64,000 nt of DNA from Oculina patagonica (taxonomy: Eukaryota): the NCBI RefSeq assembly GCF_052425735.1, contig NC_135766.1, positions 26,474,001 through 26,538,000 on the forward strand. The letters are read 5' to 3'. The notes below the pieces were generated by a model. It did no database searches. It was not told the DNA's origin and saw only the letters and a list, made by a program, of their open reading frames with translations. The translations under genes and the position numbers were made by a program. Shown in pieces: positions 27,085 to 38,377 of the stretch. How positions within the stretch are numbered: the first letter of the stretch is position 1; each line of letters starts with the position of its first letter.

Positions 27085-28187
27085 GACTGTCAGGGCAATT
27101 GGCGTGTAGAATGTAGGATACAGCAGTGGATGACCGCCACCAGGGGAGGTGGGAGGGGCGAAACTTTTATGGTGACTAAACCGAACTCCGTTAAACTGAC
27201 CACGAGGAGACCGAAACTGTGATATTTAAAGCAGAAGGCCGCAAAGCATCATGCTAACAGCGCGCAGGCACAGAACGCTGGAATTTGAAAATCTTAAGGC
27301 TTCCCGTGTGACGGGCTAATTATGTATGCAGTGAGAATAGGGTATCGAGGGTATTTGGCAACAGTCATGTGTCGGTCCTTTTAAGTGTTGGTGTGTTAGG
27401 TGCTTTGTTATGGTTTATCGGTCTGGAATTGATAAGCTTTCATGTCAAGAAAAATACAGTAGTTGTGTGGACTTTTGTTTAAGAGCTTACTGCTGTTTGA
27501 GTGTTAATGAGCTTAGGTTAAAGTGTTAACACGTTGGGCTAACGTAAGGTTTGTTACCTAACACATTCCAGTGCGGAACTTTAAATAGACAATTGTATAT
27601 TTCTGTAGGTTTAGTTTGTAATTATTAAAAGCTCGCCGGTCGGCCGTTTTTATCCACGGAGTTAAGCATTTTATCCACGTTTAGACGCTACAACCTGGGT
27701 TATACGAGAGTTATGTTTATCCTTTACTTCTCCCCTAGCTAGAATTTTAACAATTCAAAATATTATGTCATTTTAAAATAATAAAAAAATAGTCAGTCCA
27801 CCCCCTCCACTGGCCTTGTCGCGATCAGAAGGGTATTCTAATTTACACCCTATAATCCGTTTACGACGGATTCCTGGTCCGGCTTGGCTAGTGGGGTTTT
27901 TCCCTTTTGTTCTTTTTTCGTTTTTGTCTTACGTTTTCCTTTCTCGGCAGACATCACTGGTGTTATTCTGTCCGCCTTAGGTCTTGGCGTTTTCTTTACT
28001 CTTAACTTCACTCTCATTATAAGCCACGATCTAAATACATGCTATGATATGGTATAGGGAAGTAACCCCACTAGCTGGGTTGGGCCTCTCTCGTGGTTGG
28101 ATATACCGGTTGGGGTTTGAGGGGTTTTCTGAGTTTTGGGGAGAAGGTGTATTTTGTGGATTATTTCTTATTTGCCTTTGCCGCCAG

Positions 28188-28282
28188 CCCCGGCGGCGCC
28201 CGTTCCGGATCCTGTACCAGTTGTCGTGCCCCCTGTCGAACCGGCACCTGTTGCGGCTTCGGCTCCTGCAGTTGTACAAGAG
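28188..28282 (+). CDS. Predicted Pro/Ala-rich leader exon of the retrotransposon (APAAPVPDPVPVVVPPVEPAPVAASAPAVVQE)
   Basis: GC-rich island with a polypyrimidine-CAG acceptor and a GAG|GTAAAT donor, phase 1 in and phase 0 out. The upstream start exon is unresolved. Confidence 0.6.
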
Positions 28283-28874
28283 GTAAATTTTTATTTCTGT
28301 CTAAATCTGCTGTTACGTTTGGGATTTTCGCGGCGCGGGTTGGGTTCCACGCTTTAGTCATTTCGCTAGCCAACTTTTTTCGCTCCCGCGTGTTTTCTTG
28401 CCTAGCCTTTTCTTCATACTGTTTGCCTCGGCGTTTTCCGGCCTAAATTGCGTGCGGGATTTGGTAGTTTTTCGCTCGCTTAGTTTTCTTGTTCGGTTTC
28501 TACTTTCAACACCGTTTTACGACTTGGTGGCATAAGGTGCTATTCCCTTTTGTTTCATTTTCTACCTCGTTAGTCTTATTGTATTGTTGGTTCGATGTTT
28601 TACAAGTTTTTTGCTCTCTTGGGGTGCGTGCTTTCTTTTGGGGTCCCTTTTTTGCATATTTTTCCTTTTTCATTCTCTTATTTCGGTTCGTAGTTTCGTA
28701 GTTTTGCGTCGCACTTTTATTCGTCTCGCTTTTACATTTATGTTGTCTTGCCGCGAACTTTTGCGTACCTCAAACTGTTTTTCAGCCGGCGCTTACAGCT
28801 TTTATATGCTCAAGTTTTTGACGTTTATATAGCCCGTTGGGCCGGCAACCTTTAGGGTTGTATATTGTTTTTGA

Positions 28875-29150
28875 AGTGTGGCTAGGAGAGCCAGCAGCCT
28901 GAAGGGCTGTACATGATATTTAAGTGTGGCCTGGAGCGCCGAAAGCCTGGAGAGCTTTGACAATTTTTTGAGTGTGGCCTAGAGAGCCAGCAGCCTGGAG
29001 AGCTGTACATGATATTTTAGTGTGGCCTGGAGAGCCGAAAGCCTGGAGAGCTTTGACAATTTCTTGAGTATGGCCTGGAGAGCCAACAGCCTGGAGAGCT
29101 GTACATGATATTTAAGTGTGGCCTAGAGAGCCAGCAGCCTGGAGAGCTGT
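28875..29150 (+). repeat. Six 48-bp units, each with two small hairpins with a CTGGAGA-type loop
   Basis: Units start at 28875, 28923, 28971, 29019, 29067 and 29115, in A-B-A-B-A-A order. Confidence 0.95.
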
Positions 29151-29558
29151 GGATTGTTTAGTCCGTGTCTTTAGTTGATTAGGTAAATTACTTATTGTAA
29201 GGCATTCAGATCCCTTCAGGTTTTAAATGCCTTTTTTCTTAGCACCTTGTTATTTATTTATTTAGTTTGTAGTCTCTTTTGCTTGGATAGTCGTCAGTCT
29301 GGGGCTGCAGCACGCTTTTGTGCGTTTCATTTCGCTTTTATCAGCTGTATAGCTAGTGGGAGAGTTTTGAAGTATAACGCCCGTAGAGGCAGTGGTCCTT
29401 AGAACTGTAGCATGGTTTTCATTATTTGTTGTGCTGGTTTGGTCGATAATTTTGGTATCTTCCCTCAGCTTTTACGTGGTAAACCGTACAATTTGTAAGC
29501 CGTAGTGTCAATGTCAGGGGTAACATCCTTTTTTCCCCCTCCGTTTTGTTTTATGCAG

Positions 29559-30062
29559 CCAGATGATCGTATCAAGAGGTTGGAGGACAAGATCAAACTT
29601 CTCGAACAGGAGAAGTCTGTTGAGAGTTGCGCTAATGCGCTGTTAGCCCTTCGAAGACATCTCAACAGGCCTCAGTCTCTTTTTGACCGTTTTGAGTCAA
29701 TTGAGCTGCTGGAGACCCTCGTACGCTTGGCTCGGACGTAGGCCCACGAGAAGGCTGATGAATACGCTGCAGCGCTCGATGAAGTTAAGGCCAGACAGCC
29801 CTCTCTCGATGCCGACCATCTTCAGAGGTTAATGCTTGGTCTCGTGGGGGATCCCCTTAGAGCTAAAATGGCCAAGGAGGCTACGTCAATCCTGAAGGGG
29901 ATGTCCAAGGCGCCTTCTCCTAGCTCCCAGGCTAGGCGTCCTTTCCGCCAGCCCTCTCCGTATTCGGTGCAATGCTACGCTTGTGGGGGATGGGGGCATA
30001 TCGCTAGAAACTGCAAGTCCAGACGTCGTGGCGCTCCTGGACATGGGCGTGGACGCCAGTGA
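29559..30062 (+). CDS. gag: Gag-like ORF with a CCHC zinc knuckle (in-frame TAG at 29739-29741)
   Basis: Coiled-coil N-terminal part, then CYACGGWGHIARNC and an RG-rich tail. The frame continues across the TAG. Confidence 0.8.
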
Positions 30063-30341
30063 TTGCCTTGTGTTTCTGTAATTCAAGAATTTTGTTTTTT
30101 CCTGTATTAAATATTTTTCTTTGTTTGTTTAAACTCGTCTTCTTTTGCCTTGGGGTGGGTCTTTGCCCTTGCCTAGTTGACCTCGGGGGGACCTTCTCAG
30201 TGTCTCAATTTCGGACCTAGTTCGGAGCCTGGGGTCAACAAAGGGTTGGGTTCCCTTTTAGCTTTTTCGGGTGTTTGTTTCGGCTTATTCTCGTTTCCCT
30301 TTCGTTATGTTTTAGGCAAATATTTCTTCGTTTATTGCAAG

Positions 30342-32497
30342 ACTCGATTTAGCCCAGCGGCACATCTCTGTGGGAGACGTTCCTCTTCGCTGCATTTCAC
30401 AGGGAACCCCTCCCTTTGTTGGCCCCTTGCCTCCTCCGGAGCTGGTTGCGTCGCGCCCGGGTTTGGGTAACCTAGCCCATTTGCGCTTCTTGGACCCTGC
30501 CCATTTCAGGGCTGGAAACATTCATAGCAAGCCGTCCATTTGGCAGGACCTCCTCGATAAATCGCCCTGTTCTGAAGTCGACCTTTTGGAGGTTATCAAG
30601 GATGGAGTTCGTGTCGACCGATTTTTCAAGCCTTTTAGGGGGAATTTCAAGGGACAGGCGTACGACTCCGAATATCCTCCTCCTATAATCATTAAGAACT
30701 CGCCTACCACAGCCAAGTTTTCTCAGTTCGTCACCGATTCCGTAATACAATGGGTGACCGCGGGGGTTATAGCAGTTTGGGGCCCGGTGGATAGTGTGGC
30801 GCCCCCACGTTTGGTTTTACCACTAACTGTCGAGCCCTCAAAGCCCCGGTTGTGTCACGATGAGCGATATCTCAATTTATGGATTCGTGACCTCCCATTC
30901 AAGCTTGACCACCTCTGCGACTTGCCGCGATATGTTCTCCCCGGTCACTTTCAGAGTTGTTGCGATGATAAGAGTGGTTATCAACATGTCTTGCTTCATC
31001 CTTCATCTCAAACTTATTTCGGCTTCCAGTGGCATGGTTTCTTTTTTTGTTTTTCGTACACTACCGTTTGGATGGAAAGCCAGTGCGTTTATTTACCATA
31101 AACTCGGACTTGCAGTTTCGGGCGCCGCGCGATCTCATGGAGTCCCAGTTTCGCAGTACATTGATGATCGGCACGTTGGACAACTTTTTATTTCTCCATT
31201 GCGGGTTAGTCGGGACCCATCTCTCGAGCGAGCCAAGGCAGCAGCTTATATAATGTGTTATCTGCTCATTGAGGCTGGATATTTCATTGGTCTTGACAAA
31301 TCGCAGCTGGTTCCCTCGACATGGGTTCGTTTTCTGGGTTTCGTATGCGATTCTGTGCGTCAGGCCTTCCTTGTCCCCGAGGACAAGAAAGTCAAGTTCG
31401 CGGCGTTGAGGGAAGACATTCTCTCGTCTCCTTACGTGGGGCTGAAAACACTTCAACGTTTTTCGGGGAAGGTCATTTCTTTTAGCCTTGCCATTCCTGG
31501 ATGCAAGTTATATGTGCGCGACGTCTTTAGAGCGATCTCCCGCCTTTCAGGGTCCACTCGGCCTTCGGTCAAGTTAGAGGCGGCTCTTCGCACCGAGATA
31601 GAGTACTGGCGTTTTCTTGATAGCTGGAAGGACTGCCTTCCATGGAGAACTGAACGCCACGCTGTGGTTACGCTTTATTGTGATGCCTCCAAGAGGGCCT
31701 GGGGTGGATCTCTGCTAAAGGACGGTCGAAGTCTGGAGTCGAGAGATTACTGGATAGACAACTCGCAAGATATCAATGTTTTAGAGTCTCGGGCTTTGCT
31801 GCATTCGCTCCTTTCGTTTAGGCATCATATCAGCTCGCATAGGGTGGATGTTCACACCGATAGCCTCGTTTTGAAGTCTGCTCTCGAGAATGACGGTTGT
31901 AAAAACGCCGACATTAACAATGTCCTCAAAGACATTTTTGATTGCTGCAGAGAATTCAATTTCAGCCTTGATGTGCATTATGTTCCTTCGAGTGAGAACC
32001 CGGCTGATTACCCTTCCAGGAAAGTTTCAGATATCGATTGTATGCTGTCAGTAAGGGCTTGGGAGCCGGTCGAGCGTCTTTTTGGGCCTCACACCTTCGA
32101 TCTTATGTCTTTGGATAGCAATTGTCAACGCGATGGGAAAGGCCGGTGTTTGCCCCATTTCACACCTTGTGCAACTCCGGGCTCTAGCGGAATTAACGTT
32201 TTTGCACAGTCCCTGCCTTCGGACCACAACTTATATGTGTTTCCGCCATTTGTTTTTATTGCACCCCTTCTCAAGTGCATGTTCGAGCAAGGTTTTCATG
32301 GTGCCTTTACTATCGTCATCCCGGATTTAAAGCCTCGACGTTTCTGGTGGGCGTTGCTGCAGTCGCTTGCTGTTGATCGAGTCCTTCTGGGTAGGGAAGG
32401 CGAGGATGGCATCTTGTTGTTCCCCTCTCAAGACGGTCATCACTGGTACTCTAAAAAGCTTCAGTGGGATCTGTGGGCTTTCCGCTGTGTTAGCTAA
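30342..32497 (+). CDS. pol: Reverse transcriptase - RNase H - Dam-like methyltransferase ORF (one extra T in the T-run at about 31040-31055)
   Basis: RT: KPRLCHD, DDKSGYQH, LPFGW, YIDD. RNase H: LYCDAS, INVLE, HTDS, ENPADYPSR. MT-like domain of DIRS/PAT elements: DLMSL...YVFPPF. Confidence 0.9.
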
Positions 32498-32523
32498 GCT
32501 CACCTGATCTCATCTTTTAGGTT

Positions 32524-33779
32524 ATGCGTCCATGGAAGTCAGCCCGACGCTGTTCAGCTTGCCTTTACCCTAACGATTCCGATGCAAATTATTGTCAGGC
32601 GTGCGGGACATCGACCGGACTTCACCTTGCTGCTACGTCAACTGTTCGCGTGGACGAAACGGCGATCAAAGAACGGTTTAAGGAATTTCAAACTGTCATG
32701 CGCTCCAACCCTTATCAAAGACAGAAATCTGCATTGGAGCAACAGTTGTCTCAATTTTTGGGTGCGTTGACACCCCCTAAAACGGTGACTTCGTGTACTG
32801 CTAGTGACATCGTTAACTTTCTTATTTTTAAGGATAGGTCAGGTAGAACTGTGGTACATTCGTCCTTATGTTCAAGGGGTTCTTGCACCTGTCCGAAGCG
32901 CTTGGCAGCCGGGTCAGTCGATTCTCTTATGGGTCGTTTGAGGGCTGTCTTTAATAATCTAGGACGTCTTAATGATTCTAATCCGGTTGCCCACCCCCTA
33001 GTCAAAGACTATTTGAAGTTCGTCAGACAGGAGCAGGCGGGTTTAGCTATAACACCTGTTCAAGCGGTCCCTTTGTTTTTCGATAAGTTTCGTAGACTTA
33101 TAGCTTTCCTCCGTGGTCTGTTTTTAAGTCAGGCGTCTCTTTCGCGCGCAGATAAATATATCCTCGTTCGGGATGCTACATTTTTTGTGGTGGATTGTTT
33201 CACCGGAGATAGGGCCTCTGACCTCGGTCGCCTTCAATCCTGTAACGTTTTTAAGTTGAGAGATCGGGAAGGCTTTTTGCTCAAGTTTACTCTCACTAAG
33301 AATATTCGCAAAGGTGCACCTCGCTCTTTTGCCTTGATTAAGTTTACTCATCCTGAGGTATGCCCGGTTGCCTGGGTTCAGTATTATATTACAGTATGCC
33401 AGTGTCTTAAGATTTCATTGGACCAAGGGTACTTTTTTCGAGCCACGGAACGCAACGGCTCAGTAGGGAACAAACCCTTTACGGGTTCCGCGGTTAACAA
33501 TCGGTATTAAAGAAACACCTTTTAGAGTCTAAACTCCATGCAGGAGAAACTCCGCACAGTTTTCGAGTAGGATTATCCAACACTCTGAGGCTTTTAGGCT
33601 GTTCCCAGGAAGATGTTGCTCAATACCTAGGCTGGAAAAGTGGGGAGGTTGCCAGTAGATATATGCAGCGCTCGGATGCTGACGCATCTCTTACAATTTT
33701 AGAAAGCATATTCCCCAGAGTGGCTTCCGGCTTGGTTACCCCCGTTTCACATCCCAATAATTTGGAGGCTGCTATTTAG
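32524..33779 (+). CDS. Tyrosine recombinase with an N-terminal CxxC...CxxC (frameshift at about 33505)
   Basis: GDRASDL (R) and TKN (K). After the frameshift come PHSFRVG (HxxR), LGWKS (W) and SRY (Y); stop TAG at 33777-33779. Confidence 0.88.
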
Positions 33780-33922
33780 GTCGCCCCGAAATGTACAAAG
33801 GGGTTAGGGTTTCTGAGTAATGGAAGGAATAAATTACGATTCTTTGTGTGAATGTTGTCCTTTGGTTTTCTGCTTTCTTTGCCCCCTTTTCCGAAATTGA
33901 CAGCAGAGTGTCTGGGGCAGGA

Positions 33923-33987
33923 GCGGGTATCCTCCCATAACTTAGCTTCCCGCGTCAGGGCAATTGTTTGCGGTGAGAATGATTTAC
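33923..33987 (-). repeat. Right terminal inverted repeat
   Basis: Reverse complement of 27020-27084. AATAAA at about 33827 precedes it. Confidence 0.95.
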
Positions 33988-34019
33988 AATTCAAACTTTA
34001 AACAAAGACGACGCATGGC

Positions 34020-34500
34020 TCTTGCCAACTTAGCTCGACACACGAGCACACTTGAGACCAAAACCGTAACACGTCGTGAAACAAATTGTGCTCAACAAAG
34101 GAGCGAACATAGCTATAGCCGACACACGGCATGTTCCAATTTCTACTCGACACACGAGCGAACGTTTTAGCTACAACCAACAGACAGCATCTGCCAATTT
34201 CTGCTCGACATACGAGCGAACGTTTTAGCTATAACAGCCGACACACGGCGTCTGCCAATCTCTGCTCGACACACGAGCGACGGAACGTTTTAGCTATTAC
34301 AGCCGACACACGGCGTCTGCCAATCTCTGCTCGACACACGAGCGACGGAACGTTTTAGCTATTACAGCCGACAAACGGCATCTGCCAATTTCTGCTCGAC
34401 ACACGAGCGAACGTAAGCTACTACAGCCAACACACGGCGTCTGCCAATCTCTGCTCGACACACGAGCGAACGTAAGCTACTAAAGCCGTAATAAACGGGG
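34020..34500. repeat. Minisatellite, about 7 units of about 58-65 bp
   Basis: ACAGCCGACACACGGCGTCTGCCAATCTCTGCTCGACACACGAGCGAACGTTTTAGCTAT repeated. Confidence 0.9.
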
Positions 34501-35772
34501 TCCGCTAATAAATTGCCATAAACAGAACTAGATATAAAGCACACTACGCGATAAACAAACGAGAGATAGCAAGCGAAAAAGAAAGCATATAAATGTTTTA
34601 AAATACCGAGTAATTGTTGTATACGTTGTCCCGCTTCTCCGGAATGCTGTGGAACTGGAAAAGCGGCAGAGACTGGATATAAGCTGAAATACAGTGTAAG
34701 TCCTGTAGTTTATATAGCAGCAGCAGGGTAGGTACAGCCATTTACTTGCTTGGGCTTCGGCGACGTACGGCGAGAGTATAAGAAAATTCGTCCGGACTTC
34801 CCGGCTTGCGTATCTCTTTCGAAATGTCCCGAAACTAAGCAAAGAGATCTTTAAATACCGCGATTGTGCACATGCTGATTAGGCATTACATAATACAACT
34901 ATCTATAAACAAACAGGGTTATGTAATCCACGCACTTGTGAATTCCGCGTCATAATTATGAATGAGAATAGTGGCTGTAGATCATAGGGACGGACCATTA
35001 GAAAAGTGATGGGAGGATACAAAAAAAAAAAAAAAAGAATCATGCAAGCGAAAATGCCAAGAAAAAAAATCCGTGCAAAGGCAAAGAAAAAAAATCATGC
35101 AGAAGGAAAGTTCTTATTCAACACTGAAAAACCTGTCATCTTATAGCCAGCCTAGAACGCCAAGCTACGCTGGCTAGTCATCTTACACTAGCTTACACTT
35201 GATGAGATAAACTTTTTCAAGGAAATATATCAGGGAGAATGCAGAAATTTTAAAATTTTTCTGGGGGCATGCTCCCCCAGACATGAAAAGTGGGATTTAC
35301 ATTAAACTAAAGGTGGTTAAATCTGGTGTAAAGTCGGTTATCGAACTTTACAGATAAATACGTAAAGGGCAAAAATAAGCGAAATCCCCGTGGCATGCGC
35401 CTTCTTTTAATTCTTGTGTGAATCACTTTTACGATAAACACGGTTACCAGTAAAGACCTTCAACACGATTTTAACGCCAATAGTGTAAAGAACGAAGAAT
35501 TTAATTACGAATCAGTACACGGGGAAAGCCGCTAAAGGACAGGGATCTTTTGGTGAGCATGCACACCAAGAACCACGACCTCTGGCCAGGTCTGAAATTT
35601 GAGGGAATCAGATTAGAGTAGAATGGTCAAATTTGGATATAAAATAATTCAAACTTAGCTCCGAAATCTTGGAGAATAAAACAATATATCACCAATCAAG
35701 CCGGGTAAGGGATGAAATGATCATTTCTTTTGTTTTATTTTCCCCAAGCAAAGGAATCAGAATTTTATCATT

Positions 35773-36049
35773 GTTTTGACAATCTGTAATCACAGGATCC
35801 ACAACATAAACTGCTGAACCAGTAGTTTTACCACTGTTTGTCCTTGTTGCAGCAAGGAAAGGACGATTTTCTCTTAAAGCAAATTTGAAATCTTCAGCGA
35901 CTCTTTGTGATGCAGCTCGAACTTTTTTGCCTTTAGAGGCTGAAAGGCGAAATGACATCTAAGGGACACAATAAATGTCAAGGAAACGAGATAGAGAATA
36001 GAAGAATAGTGCGGCGGCAAGAAATAGCTGACATCCGCCAAGACACCAT
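35773..36049 (-). pseudogene. 5' fragment of fucosyltransferase copy 5
   Basis: MVSWR...AASQRVAEDFKFALRENRPFLAATRTNSGKTTGSAVYVVDPVITDCQN; frameshifted and truncated. Confidence 0.85.
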
Positions 36050-36355
36050 AGCTACTTATTTGTATTTAAAGTTAAAATAGAAATATTGCATAACGAAACA
36101 TCTTTATGATCCAGTGAAGTCTTCCAATTTGTAGCCTTTTGCTCCAGTTAGAGCCGAGCGAAGAGGATGAGTGAGTGAGTGAACTCTTACAATTGAAGTG
36201 GTTAAGTGAGCTAAGGGAAATTAATTGCTTAAAATTGTGGCACACCAGGAGCCATTATCGGGGATTATGGCTCCTGGGTACACTATCCAATCAACTCTCT
36301 ACAACGAATGACATGACAGGTTTCTTCAGAGCAAAGTTCTCAACTACGGTAACTG

Positions 36356-36551
36356 GCCTTCGTAACTCAGTGGTTAGAGCACTGGTTTTGTAAACCAGGG
36401 GGCCAAGAGCTGATTCGTCCTCAGTCGTCTCTCCTAAGAAGAAATAGCAGGCGCGGGGAATGACGGGAAGAACCATCCTTCGTGTATAATAATTTTTAAT
36501 AAGAGTAGACTGGGACGAGTCAAGGTCAAGAGTTCAAATCCTTTCGGGTGT
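36356..36551 (+). pseudogene. tRNA-Thr pseudogene interrupted by a MITE (36410-36523)
   Basis: tRNA 5' part, GGCCAAGAG, the insert, then GGTCAAGAG-TTCAAATC... Confidence 0.85.
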
Positions 36552-36653
36552 AACGTCTTTTCTCCTTTTCTTTCTTTTCTTGTGTTGTTCTTTTAAATAA
36601 CTTGGAATACGCTGGACGAAACTGGTGAACAGGCGCGCTTAATATTATGTTTT

Positions 36654-38377
36654 TTACGGTTCAGCTGTCAAGAATCTTTGCGCTTGTTCAAAATTAACGA
36701 ATATTCCCTTGGCAATATTAATTGGACAAGCACTTCCCAAATGATTCTTCTCAAAACACTCAAGAATGTCTTCCAAATCTTCAGGCTTTTGTGGTTTCAT
36801 TTCTCTTGTTTCATCAACAAGAACTTCTTCTTTTTCCTGAAAAGCAATGTAGTTATTTTTTTAAGTATAAAGTTAGCTGCAATGCAACTTTCATGCCCAA
36901 TAGAATACACTCTAGCAACCTTTTTCAGTCAAAGAGATCAAGAGGATGCAGAGATTATACTGAATTGAAACAAACCTTGGTATGTTTTTCATCCTGCAGG
37001 AAGTAGCTGGTCATATGTGGGTTGAAGTAGCTGGCAAGAGAGGCTACGCTGGACTCGGTGTGTAAGAAGTGATCACACTTGGCTAACAGCAGAATATCCA
37101 TCAACACTTGAGAGCCGATTTCTCGCTCGTATGGGTCAGCGGCATTGTGCTTGAATTTGAAATGATGCGGGGCGATTTGATCGTGATATCCTTTTGCTCT
37201 GACAGCTTTCGTGAAAGCAACCTGGTTACAAAACATATACAACAGATATTGAAATAAGTTGATTGCGCACACAGCTTAGTGTGTTGATAAGAAGCTTCGT
37301 TCAATGACATTTATCGTCAGCCGCCTTTTTTCTTTTTCGGTAGAGGAGCGATTGGAAACTAGTAATGAGAGTCTCTTTTAGCCCTTATAAGGGAGTACCC
37401 CCCCCCACCCCCCCCCCGCCCCGGGTCTGTAGTCAACTTACTCAAGCCTGACCCAAATTCAACAATAAACAGGAATTGAAACTCACCGTTTCTTTTCCAA
37501 ATAAGGATACAAACATGTGAATGACTTCATGGTTGTCACTAGCAATGAAAATCTTTCTTGGTCGCGGCAACGTATCAAGAATTGACCATGCTTTCTTAAC
37601 CCAACTCATCAAAGATGGCAGCCTTTTCTCGCTTGTTTCACGCCAATGATCTGTACCGCGAACGTGAACTCCTAAAACAGTGAACCCTGCCAGATATCGG
37701 TGGTAAAACATCCTTACTTTCTCCTTTATTCTAGAATTAGGTTTAACGTACTGTTGAATCAGTTCATTTACTCTCATTCGTTCCTGTGTGGATGTTTTTT
37801 CGCTTGAATCAAAAACATTGACAACAGTTTGAAGATTCGTAATGCTTTCATTGTTAATCGGTCTAAAGCAGAGCAGATCTTCTATGCCATCATAATTCCA
37901 CAAAGGACATAAAACGTTTTCAACTTTCGACTCCAATCCGCGATTAACAGGTTCAAAATACCAGTCCCACGAATTCATTGTGGGATCCCTCGAGCAAACT
38001 GAATTACAAGCTCTCCATAACACTGTTGGCTGGTTAATTCCCAAAATACGACATATCATGATATATTCCAAAGTGTAACGCAGAAATGCTGCAAAACCAT
38101 AGTGTCTACAATCTGTAATCGCAGGATCCACAACACAAACTGCAGAGCCAGTAGTTTTACCGCCGTTTGTCCTTGTTGCAGCAAGTAAAGGACGATTTTC
38201 GCGTTTCAGTAAAGCAATCTTGAATTCATCAGCTACTCTTTGTGATGCAGCTTGAACTTCGTTTGCCATTAGAGGTTGAATGGCACAACAATACCCGAGG
38301 GTTACAATACATGTTAAAGACACGAGATACAAAATAATGCAGCGTTGAGAAATAAGAATACCTCGCCAAGACGCCAT
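36654..38377 (-). CDS. NodZ/FUT8-like fucosyltransferase copy 3 (about 439 aa); exons 38377-37487, 37221-36976, 36836-36654
   Basis: Same motifs and phase-0 introns as copy 2. Confidence 0.85.

Larger units (their letters stand above)
27020..33987 (+). mobile_element. Tyrosine-recombinase (DIRS-order) retrotransposon, full length, with 65-bp terminal inverted repeats
   Basis: Perfect TIRs at 27020-27084 and 33923-33987 enclose gag (CCHC), RT-RNaseH-MT and YR ORFs. Confidence 0.92.

Noticed and set aside
27130-27520. Specific first coding exon of the retrotransposon (ATG at 27130, 27251 or 27507)
   Set aside because: Each offers only a weak phase-1 donor, and they cannot be distinguished without transcripts.
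28875-29150. CRISPR-like appearance of the 48-bp array (and of 34020-34500)
   Set aside because: There are no unique spacers or cas genes, the context is eukaryotic, and whole units are repeated.
29739-29741. Programmed stop-codon readthrough in gag
   Set aside because: The stop is mid-domain rather than at a gag-pol boundary, and a CAG>TAG mutation is simpler. It cannot be excluded without other copies.
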